From Pirellulaceae bacterium (GTDB lineage: Bacteria > Planctomycetota > Planctomycetia > Pirellulales > Pirellulaceae): a DNA stretch of 64,000 nt. The number at the start of each line of letters is the position of its first letter. Within the stretch, counting starts at the first letter, position 1. Shown piece by piece: positions 36,650 through 45,700 of the stretch. Both the position numbers and the translations under genes were made by a program. The stretch spans positions 12,837-76,836 of the forward strand of contig JBGSJV010000027.1 in NCBI GenBank assembly GCA_041741535.1, written 5' to 3'. The notes under the pieces were generated by a model. That model was not told the origin of the DNA and made no database searches. It saw only the letters and a program-made list of their open reading frames with translations.

Positions 36650-39600
36650 GTGTCCGAATACTCCTTCGTCGAGAAACCGTTCCTCGATCAGCTCGCCGCC
36701 CTTGACTGGACGGTGGTCGACCAGGGGCCGGGCATTCCTACCGATCCAACCAAGAGCCTGCGGGCCAGCTTTCGGGAAGTGACCCTGCGGGATGTGTTCA
36801 ACCAAGCTGTTCGTGCGATCAACACCACCCCCGATGGCCAAACGTGGCTTACGGACAAGCAACTCGACGACCTGCACGATGATCTGTTCGGTCACTCGGG
36901 CCGCAGTTTGGTCGAGAACAATGAAGCCGTTCTCAAGCTGCTGTTCCGCTCCCAGGTCGATGCCAATGAATTGACCGGCGAGCAGTACCCGAACGTCAAG
37001 CTGATCGACTTCGAGCATCCCGAACGCAACCAGTTCCACGCCGTCAACCAGTTTCGCATCGACACACCGGGAGCGACCAAGGGCTTCATCATTCCCGACA
37101 TCGTGCTGTTCGTGAACGGTTTGCCGTTGGCCGTGATCGAGTGCAAGGAAGCCAACGTCTTCACGTCGAACCCGATGTTCGAGGCGTTCCAGCAGTTGAT
37201 GCGGTACAGCGACCAGCGGGAGGAGACGAAGCAATCGGGCTTGCGAGAAGGCGAGCCAAGGCTGTTCTTCACCAATCAACTGCTGATCCGCACCAGCGGC
37301 GAGCAGGCCGACATCGGTACGATCACTTCGACCGACGAAGAGTTCTTCTTCCCCTGGCGAGACATTTATCCCGAGAAGTATCGCACCGTCACCCCACCGC
37401 TGGGCAAAGTGCGTCCCCAGGAAACATTGATCCAGGGCGTGCTGCCCAAGGAAACGCTGCTCGACTTGATTCGCACCTGCTCGATCTTCATGGATGTCGG
37501 CAAGGTGCGGGCCAAGGTGGTCGCTCGCTATCAGCAGTACCGGGCCGTCTGCAAGATCATCGACCGGCTCCGTAAGGGGAAGACACCCAACGACCGATCC
37601 GGCGTCATCTGGCACACGCAGGGTTCGGGCAAATCGCTGACGATGGTCTTTGTGATCCGCAAGCTGCGAATGTGCGACGACCTGAAGGATTACAAGGTCT
37701 GCCTCGTCAACGACCGCACCGATCTGGAAGACCAGCTTGGGGACACGGCGGCACTGACTGGCGAGAAGGTCACGTTCATCACCAGTTCCCACGACCTGAA
37801 GCAGAAGCTCGCCACGGGCTCGTCGAATCTGAACATGGTGATGCTGCACAAGTTCAACGAGAACCCGAACCGTGATGTGCCGGATTATCTGCAAGACGTG
37901 ATCGATCTGCCGAAATACGAATCGTTCGGGATGGTGAACGACTCCGAGCGAATCCTGCTGATGATCGACGAGGCCCATCGCTCGCAATCCGGCGACCTGG
38001 GCGACAACCTGTTCGAGGCGTTCCCCCAGGCTACCCGGCTCGCCTTCACCGGCACCCCGTTGATCGTGGTGAAGGACAAGAAGAAGACGGTCGAGCGATT
38101 CGGCAAGTACATCGACAAGTACCGGCTACAAGATGCGGTCGATGACGGCGTGACCGTGCAGATTCTCTATGAAGGGAAGACGGCGGATTCGGCTATGTCG
38201 CACAAGTCGGACTTCGACGAGAAGGTGAATCAACTGGCCGAGCAGCATGTCGCTAGCCAGATGCGAAAGGCCGAGAACGTCGAGACGCTGCGGCGGATCG
38301 CCAGCCGGGAGAACCGGAAGTTCGACGACTTGGTGAAGGAGCGAACGGCGGACGAAATCCTGGCCCTCAAGAAGAAGTGGGGAACCAGCGACGATCTGTT
38401 CGAGGCCGAGCCACGGATCAAGGAGATCGCCAGCGACCTGGTGGGGCATTTCATCGCCAACATCCTGCCCAACGGCTTCAAGGCCCAGGTGGTTTGTTCG
38501 TCGAAGTTGGCAGCGGTGCGGTACAAGAAGTTTATCGACGAGGCCGTGGCCGAGCGACTGGCTGCCGAGATGGCAAAGCCGCCAAGGCCGACGATTGGAA
38601 TACCCTACGCAAGACCTGTTGCGAGCGGCGACATCCTCGCTGCCGTCCCTAAGGCTGAGTTGACACTTGTTGCGGAACATGTCGAGAACGAATCAAGCAC
38701 TTATCGCGACGATGAACTCTGCAAACGGATTGGTATTTTGAAGTCGGTCGTCGTCGTCTCTTCTGAAGGCACCAACGAGCGGGCGATCATTACGCAGGCT
38801 CGCAAACATGCGGCGGAAGTCAATGCGGTCGAGAACTTCAAGAAGAAGTTCGACTACGCCGACCCGGACAAGACCAATACGGGCATCGCCTTCCTGGTCG
38901 TTTGTGACATGTTGCTCACCGGCTTTGATGCTCCGATTGAGCAAGTGATGTACATCGACAAGCGGGTGAAAGATCACAACCTGCTGCAAACCATCGCCCG
39001 AGTGAACCGGATCGCCAAGGGGAAGACACGAGGCTACATCGTCGATTACATCGGGTTGACCGATCACTTGAAGAATGCCCTGTCGATCTATTCCGCCGAT
39101 GACAAAAAAGATGTCGAAGGGACGCTGACCGACATCACTGGCGAATTGCCCGTCCTGGAAGCCCGCTATCGGCGGTTGCTCAATCTGTTCATCGATAGCG
39201 GCGTAGCCGACATCGAGAACTTCGTACAGCAGAAGATCAAAGACACCGCCCATGAACTGGCCGTGCTGGAGAAGTCGATTCGGTGCATGGAAGACTTGGC
39301 TCAGCGAGCCAATTTCGAGGTCTTCCTGAAGAAGTTCTTGCAGAGCATGGACATCATCCTGCCCAATGCCGAGGCGTTCCCGTACCGCATTCCCGCCAAG
39401 CGATTTGGCTTCCTGCTGGTGAAGATCAAGGAACGCTACAAGGATGATTCGCTCGGCATCTCCGGGGCCGGTGAGAAGGTGCGGAAGCTGATCGACGAGC
39501 ATCTGGTTAGCTTGGGCATTAACCCCAAGATCCCACCTGTCGAATTGTTCTCACCGAACTTCGTGCAGCAGGTAAATAAAAACACGTCACCGCAGGCCAA

Positions 39601-40099
39601 GGCCAGCGAGATGGAACATGCGATCCGCAAGCACTGCAAGGTTCACTTTGATGAAGACCCGGTGCTTTATGAATCGCTGAGCGAGAAGCTGGAGGCATTG
39701 ATCCAGAAGTACAAAGACAATTGGGACTTGTTGAGTCAGCATCTCTTCGATTTACGAAAAGAGGCCGAGGCCGGGCGGCAGGACGATCCCGAAGGCGTCA
39801 GCAAGAAGGCGGCACCGTTCTATGACCTGATCGGCAAGATCGCCTTCGGCAAGGGTGGCATCCCAGAGGAACATGGCGAGCAGGCCAAGCAACTGGTGAT
39901 CGCTCTGCTGAGCAAGCTGCATCGCACGATTGGGATCATTAACTTTTGGGGCAATCTGCCCGAAGTGGCGAAGTTACGGGGCGAGCTATCGGACCTTCTG
40001 GTTGAGTCGGGCCTTGATGCCATCGCCGACAAGAGCGACAAGATTGTGACCGAGATCACCGCCCTGGCAAAAATTCGAGAGAAGGACATTCTTGAATGA
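36650..40099 (+). CDS. hsdR: Type I restriction endonuclease subunit R (SF2 helicase/translocase + nuclease)
   Basis: N-terminus SEYSFVEKPFLDQL; PD-(D/E)xK region IPDIVLFVNGLPLAVIECK; Walker A HTQGSGKSLTM; DEAH box MIDEAHRSQ; motif VI QTIARVNR. The GTG at 36650 has GGGAG 8 nt upstream (the track start at 36617 is probably too long). Confidence 0.9.
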   Translation: MSEYSFVEKPFLDQLAALDWTVVDQGPGIPTDPTKSLRASFREVTLRDVFNQAVRAINTTPDGQTWLTDKQLDDLHDDLFGHSGRSLVENNEAVLKLLFRSQVDANELTGEQYPNVKLIDFEHPERNQFHAVNQFRIDTPGATKGFIIPDIVLFVNGLPLAVIECKEANVFTSNPMFEAFQQLMRYSDQREETKQSGLREGEPRLFFTNQLLIRTSGEQADIGTITSTDEEFFFPWRDIYPEKYRTVTPPLGKVRPQETLIQGVLPKETLLDLIRTCSIFMDVGKVRAKVVARYQQYRAVCKIIDRLRKGKTPNDRSGVIWHTQGSGKSLTMVFVIRKLRMCDDLKDYKVCLVNDRTDLEDQLGDTAALTGEKVTFITSSHDLKQKLATGSSNLNMVMLHKFNENPNRDVPDYLQDVIDLPKYESFGMVNDSERILLMIDEAHRSQSGDLGDNLFEAFPQATRLAFTGTPLIVVKDKKKTVERFGKYIDKYRLQDAVDDGVTVQILYEGKTADSAMSHKSDFDEKVNQLAEQHVASQMRKAENVETLRRIASRENRKFDDLVKERTADEILALKKKWGTSDDLFEAEPRIKEIASDLVGHFIANILPNGFKAQVVCSSKLAAVRYKKFIDEAVAERLAAEMAKPPRPTIGIPYARPVASGDILAAVPKAELTLVAEHVENESSTYRDDELCKRIGILKSVVVVSSEGTNERAIITQARKHAAEVNAVENFKKKFDYADPDKTNTGIAFLVVCDMLLTGFDAPIEQVMYIDKRVKDHNLLQTIARVNRIAKGKTRGYIVDYIGLTDHLKNALSIYSADDKKDVEGTLTDITGELPVLEARYRRLLNLFIDSGVADIENFVQQKIKDTAHELAVLEKSIRCMEDLAQRANFEVFLKKFLQSMDIILPNAEAFPYRIPAKRFGFLLVKIKERYKDDSLGISGAGEKVRKLIDEHLVSLGINPKIPPVELFSPNFVQQVNKNTSPQAKASEMEHAIRKHCKVHFDEDPVLYESLSEKLEALIQKYKDNWDLLSQHLFDLRKEAEAGRQDDPEGVSKKAAPFYDLIGKIAFGKGGIPEEHGEQAKQLVIALLSKLHRTIGIINFWGNLPEVAKLRGELSDLLVESGLDAIADKSDKIVTEITALAKIREKDILE

Positions 40100-40788
40100 T
40101 TCGCACTTATCGTGACATCCGGTACACGCTCAAGAGGAGCAAACGCAAAACCGCCAGTTTGTACGTGGAGCGGGACGGCCAGATCACGCTGATTGCTCCC
40201 GAAGAATTGTCCGTCCCGCAAATTGAGAAAGTGCTGGAGGAGAAACGCCGCTGGATTTACAAAAACTTGGCCGAATGGCATGACCTGAACGCCACCCGCA
40301 TCGAACGGCAGTTCGTGAGTGGTGAAGGGTTCTTGTACCTCGGTCGGTCCTATCGGTTAAAGTTCGTGCCGAAGCAGGAGGAGCCGTTACTGCTGAAGGA
40401 CGGATACTTTTGCTTACGGGCTGATCTGCGACCTGCGGCCAAGGCCGTTGCCGCCTTCAAGGATTTCTACCGAGACAAAGGGCTAGTGCGGATCAACGAG
40501 CGGGTGGACTTCTTCAAGGCCCGCATGGATGTCGAACCGCGATCCGTCAAGATCCTGGACCTGAAGAATCGTTGGGCCTCTTGGACGCCAGGAGGCAATC
40601 TCAACTTCCATTGGAAGTGTATGATGTCCCCAACGAAGATTCTGGATTACATCGTGGTCCATGAACTCGCCCACCTAATTTTCCCCGATCACTCAGCGAA
40701 GTTCTGGAGCGAAGTCGATAAGCTGCTGCCCGACTTTACCGAACGAAAAGAATGGCTACGCGTGCATGGAGCGGGGATGGATTTGTAA
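40096..40788 (+). CDS. DUF45/YgjP-like (M48-type) metallopeptidase commonly linked to hsdR
   Basis: NRWASWTPGGNLNFHWKCMMSPTKILDYIVVHELAHLIFPDHSAKFW (HExxH). The ATG overlaps the hsdR stop (ATGA). Confidence 0.8.
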   Translation: MIRTYRDIRYTLKRSKRKTASLYVERDGQITLIAPEELSVPQIEKVLEEKRRWIYKNLAEWHDLNATRIERQFVSGEGFLYLGRSYRLKFVPKQEEPLLLKDGYFCLRADLRPAAKAVAAFKDFYRDKGLVRINERVDFFKARMDVEPRSVKILDLKNRWASWTPGGNLNFHWKCMMSPTKILDYIVVHELAHLIFPDHSAKFWSEVDKLLPDFTERKEWLRVHGAGMDL

Positions 40789-40886
40789 TTGGAGCGCAGG
40801 GGCCGATGTTCGGAACGTGAGGCAAACATATTTTCCCGAACGACTTCGTTGGCCATCCCCCAGCTTGCCGCAAATGGTTGGAGCCT

Positions 40887-40980
40887 CAGATTTGGCGATG
40901 TTTATTTGAAATACCGCGCCAAATCTAGGTTTTGAAGAGCAGATTTGGCGAATTATCGAGAAACGATTTCGCCAAATCAG
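40887..40980. repeat. Four alternating-orientation copies of the motif AGATTTGGCG (two inverted pairs with ~19-nt spacers)
   Basis: Plus-strand copies at 40888-40897 and 40941-40950. Minus-strand copies (cgccaaatct / cgccaaatc) at 40917-40926 and 40970-40978. Confidence 0.8.
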
Positions 40981-41173
40981 CAGAGCGAGAACCAACGGTC
41001 GCAAGAATCCGAATCCCAATCCATTGGGACCGAGCATGCCTAGCCGGATTGGTTCTAGCTTGCCCTCGCCGTTATGAGGGTGAGGAGAGCGTACCTTGGG
41101 AAAAAGGGAACTGGGGGACAGACCTGACACACCCTGTTTTAGGTGTCGTAGGTTAAGCAATTCCAAGAGAGCA

Positions 41174-41203
41174 TGGGAATGACAGGAATCGAACCTGCAC
41201 TCC
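41174..41203 (-). other. tRNA 3'-half remnant (T-arm + 3' acceptor strand); candidate att core of an integrative element
   Basis: The reverse complement ggagtGCAGGTTCGATTCCTGTCATTCCCa has a canonical T-stem/loop (GTTCGATTC) and a 7-nt acceptor strand. No matching 5' acceptor strand, D-arm or anticodon arm can be folded upstream. Confidence 0.55.
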
Positions 41204-42068
41204 TTAAGGAACTAGATCCTAAAAATAGAGCGAAATCACGATTCCAACCCGTTTTTTCTCGTGTCGAATCCATTATAGCATCGGTTTTTAGCATTGCAAA
41301 CTGACGCACAAAAACGCATTGAATATCCGTATCGTTTTTAACCTCGGCTAGCAAATTCCGTAACTACGGATTTTGCGCAGACAGCAACCATCACTTGGTG
41401 CGACAGTCGATGGCGGCGGTCGGGTGAAGCGGAACCCGGACATTCGCGATTCCAAACTGCTGTACTCGCTCGACACGCACGCATGAGAGAACCAACCGGA
41501 CACAGCGAATTGGACGGGGTGCGTGCAACTGGAGCACGCGGCCTGCGAAAGACGAGAGAACCACACGGGCGGACGCAGTGGACAACGCCACCGTTTGGCA
41601 AGGACTCATGAGCCAAGCCTATCTGATTGTTCCCTCCCGCAATGCCACCGGAAATCGATCCAGACCCCCACCCCATACCGACGGGACTCCTCGGGATATC
41701 CCGCCAGACGGAAACACAACTTTGACTTGCGGTATCGGGGCGATCATTGAGGGACCTCGATTAGTAGACACCGAATAGCAGGTGGACGATTCGGTGTTTG
41801 ACGGCCGAACGGCATTTCATAGTTGCAATTAGCCGACGTCCTTCAGTTATCAGTTAGTGATTGTGTGGATACCGCCACCTCCACCAAACCGAACCGAACC
41901 GCCGATCTCTGCCTCGCCGATCTCTGCGAATCCGAATTCGGCCAGTCTCGCGATCTCACCGCCCCGACAACCCCCGACGCGTCCCAACCCCCACATGCCT
42001 GTGGTGGACGCTTACAAAGGAATACCCGACAATTACAGGGAACGCCCCAACATGTAAGGAGCTGACCA

Positions 42069-42626
42069 ATGTCCGAAGGTAAGACGACCATTCTGGTCGA
42101 GAGCTGGTTAAAACCCCTGCAAAACCCGGATTCCGATCAAGGTCGGCAGGCACGCAATGAGCTGATTGAGCATTCGCATCGACGGATGAAAGCGATGTGT
42201 CACAAGATGTTCTTTTCGTCGTTGAAGAGTAGCGGGGTCGTCGACTGGGAGGACGTCTACCAGGAGGCGGCACTAAAACTCTGGAAAGCTCTGGCTGATG
42301 CAAAACCTGACAGTGTCCGACAATACTTCGGACTCGCGACGAAAAAAATTCAAGAAGTCTCAAAGGACATGTGTCGCAAATACGTGCGAGATCTACCCGA
42401 ATTGACGGCCGCGGATGCATCGCACAGTCCGGTGACTGCTGCCATGTGGACCGAATTTCATGAGAAGGTGAAAGCGCTAGATGATGACTTGCGTGAAACC
42501 TTTGAGCTCTTGTGGTATCACGGATTGACTCAAAAAGAAGCGGCAGCGATTCTGGAGGTGGACGAGTCCACGGTCAAACGCCGCTACGGTCGAGCCAAAG
42601 AGAAGATGGTCGACTTCGTTTTGTGA
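42069..42626 (+). CDS. ECF-type sigma-70 family RNA polymerase sigma factor
   Basis: The region 2-like segment (VDWEDVYQEAALKLWKAL) and the region 4 HTH (LTQKEAAAILEVDESTVKRRYGRAKEKM) are recognisable. AAGGAG lies 8 nt upstream of the ATG. Confidence 0.75.
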   Translation: MSEGKTTILVESWLKPLQNPDSDQGRQARNELIEHSHRRMKAMCHKMFFSSLKSSGVVDWEDVYQEAALKLWKALADAKPDSVRQYFGLATKKIQEVSKDMCRKYVRDLPELTAADASHSPVTAAMWTEFHEKVKALDDDLRETFELLWYHGLTQKEAAAILEVDESTVKRRYGRAKEKMVDFVL

Positions 42627-42789
42627 TGCAACATCCTTCGAAAAAATGCTGCCGTGAACAAAACGCTGCCCGCAAATTGAAACGGCCATCGCTATAACAA
42701 TTGAAGCGTCGCGAGTTTCCGAGGGGAAAGGCGGGGTTTAGAGGCGTTACATATGTCCGCGCGGTTCTGTTGATGCAGGGAGTTGTTCT

Positions 42790-45700
42790 ATGTTTGAAAA
42801 TGAGAAACCCGATTCTTTGTCTGATTTGTGGGAATTGCGTCAAAAACAGAATGCTCCCCCAACGTCGTCGGATATGAATGGCGGATCGCCGGAATCAGAA
42901 CCGCAGGTAGTGGAGCGTGCGGCCAAACGAAAATTGTTCGACAGCGTGTTTGGACCCGATCTGGACACCATCCCGAACCGGCCCGACGAGATCGGTGAGT
43001 TCTGCAACGGCCGCTACAAAGTCGAAGCATTATTTGACGAAGGGGGCCTCGGGGCGCTTTATTTGGCACGCGATACAGAGTTGGGGCGATTGGTTATTGT
43101 GAAAGCGATTCGCGCCTCCCATTCGGACGACCACGACAGCCAACGACAATTCGTCAACGAGGCCGCGATTACCGGCCAATTGGAACACCCCGGAATCGTG
43201 CCAATTTACGGTTTCGGCCGTGACCAACACCGGCGACCGTATTACACAATGCAGAAGATCAAAGGAACGAAACTGAGCGAGGAGATCCGTCAATTTCATG
43301 AGCATCGCGCCAACGACGGTGGACACATCAAAGCGTTCCAAAGGCTGCTGGAAGATTTTCGATCTGTCTGTTTGACCATTCATTTCGCACATAGCAGGAA
43401 TGTAATCCACCGAGATATCAAGCCTGATAACATCATGGTGGGCAAGTTCGGCGAGGTACTGGTCATCGACTGGGGTCTGGCAAAGCAGATTTCGGCGACG
43501 GATAGTCTCTCGGCGCCTGCTCGCGATATGCCACAGGTCGACGAATTTGAGCCGATTGCAGTTCCCAATGCTTTTCAGACCCGTCACGGGGCGGTCAAGG
43601 GCTCACCGATTTATATGAGCCCCGAACAAAGCGAAGGCAGCACGGCGAAAATCGGGCCGGCCAGCGACATCTATGGACTGGGCGCGACCCTGTACCAAGT
43701 AGTCACGGGTCGCCCGCCGTTTGAGGGCTCGAGTCAAGAGGTCCTGTTGCAAGTCAAAGAGGGGAAAGTGAGGCCGCCCAGTCAAGTTGCAGCCGACGTT
43801 CCTTTGGCGCTCGAGGCAATCTGCTTGAAAGCCATGCAACGCGATCCAGATCAGCGTTACCAAACGGCCAAGGATCTAGCGGAAGACGTCGAATGCTTCC
43901 TGGCTGGCGAGCCCGTCAGTGCGTACAACGAACCTTGGACCGACACAGTCCAGCGTTGGGGGCGACGGAATAAAACTCTGGTCGCGAGCACCATAACATT
44001 CTTTATGGTGGTTTTAGTGGCTTTGGTAAGCACTTCAGTGTTGTTGACCAAGTATAACGCTGACCTGTTCATCGCGAAAAATGCAGCAGAAACGGCAACG
44101 ACGGCGGAACAGCAGCGAGCGAACGAACTCGAAAAATCGCTGTATGTCAACCAAATCATGCTCGCCCAAGCCGCTTGGAATGAACCTGACTTGCATCGGA
44201 CGTCCGACATTCTGGACGCTACCACACTCGGCCGAAGATCACTGGAATGGAACTATGCGAAACGACTCGTTACGCGAGTCAACGATCTGGCATGGAACCA
44301 GCCGCCGGCGATTGAGCCAACCTGGATTAATAGTTTGACTTCAAGTGCAAATGGAGCCTGGTTGATGGCGACCTTCGAGCAAGAGAGTGCCTTCGAACCT
44401 GGAAAGTTTCACGAACCAATCAAGGTGATTCCAACAACCGACAATGTCTCTCGCGTTCCAAAGCTCTCCTTGATTAGTTTGGCGGCAACATTTGGGGTTC
44501 CGGCCCAGATTCTCTGTTTTAGCCCGAGCGGCGACGAAGTACTGTGCCGAGTGCCCAGCGAGAATGGCGGCACTGAACGACAATACCGTCTCGCACTCGT
44601 GGGAATCCAAACGGGACAAGCCATCTGGCAAACCGAACCACTGACCGACGACAGCACCAGCATCTTCAAGGCAGGCTTTCTGATGCCAGAACCAATTGCC
44701 GATCCATTGAAATCTCCGCAGGTTGGGGAGTCGCCCGATCGTCAGTCAGGATCGCAGATCGTCGTTATGACAGACCCGCAAGTAATATCTCCAGAGCTGG
44801 GGACAACTGGCCGCGTCGCTCGAATAGAATTTCGCGATGCGCTTACCGGAGGGTTTCTAAAGACATTCGAAACTAATACCAATATTGTTGCTGAGCGAGC
44901 GTGCTTCAGTCCCAATGGGCAGCGAATCGCGTTGATGGACATGCTGAACGTTACGGTGTTTTCGGTCATCGCTGACGATTCTCCCCAAACGCTGACCGGG
45001 GACAACGGGTTCTTCTTCTGCGATGTAGCGTTTAGTCCTGACGCATCACTCATGGCGACGGCCAGTGCCGATCATGCCGTACGGATCTGGGATGCGGTCA
45101 GCGGTAGTTCGATCCAGGTACTATGGGGAATGCGCAAGCGGGTTCGTTGCCTGGCGTTTGATCCAAGCGGGAATAGGATTGCCGCGTGTGGCGAAGAAGG
45201 CGCTATCCGTATTTGGGATCTGAAGGACGGAAAACTGTTGAACGTACTGCCTACGAAAGATACGGAAACATATACGATCACATTTAGTCACGATGGCTCC
45301 CAGATTTACTCTGGAGGCAGCGACGGAGTCATTCGCCATTACGACTTGGATGAACCTCCCGTTGCCAGGACCATTCAGCACGAAAACCGTGTGTCCCAAG
45401 TTCAATTAAACTCTCAGGGGGACACGATAGCGGCGATCATCGGATGGGCAGAAAACAGTAAAGTATGTGTCTATGATCGGCAAAGTGCGCGGCTTAAGTT
45501 CGAGACTGACCTGTACGATGCTCGTTATCCGTCGGAAGCACTCTTTGTCGGTGATATTGACTTCAGTCCCGATGGGAAAACGCTGGCGATCGGTGGTGAC
45601 AATGTTGTGCATCTGGTGGATGCAGATACCGGGGCCAAACGCTGGGAGCACCGAGGTCTGGAAGGTCGGTTGAAATTCACTTCCGATGGGAGACATCTGA

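Noticed and set aside
36605-39502. Minus-strand ORFs of 460 aa (36605-37987), 184 aa (38126-38680) and 269 aa (38693-39502)
   Set aside because: All are antisense to hsdR, which has Walker A, DEAH and motif VI. No motifs appear in the antisense frames. This is the same GC3 artefact.
41174-41250. A complete 77-nt tRNA gene on the minus strand
   Set aside because: Only the T-arm and 3' acceptor strand fold. The putative 5' acceptor (GGGTTGG) pairs with CATTCCC at only 4 of 7 positions, and no D-arm or anticodon arm can be drawn. It is reported as a remnant instead.
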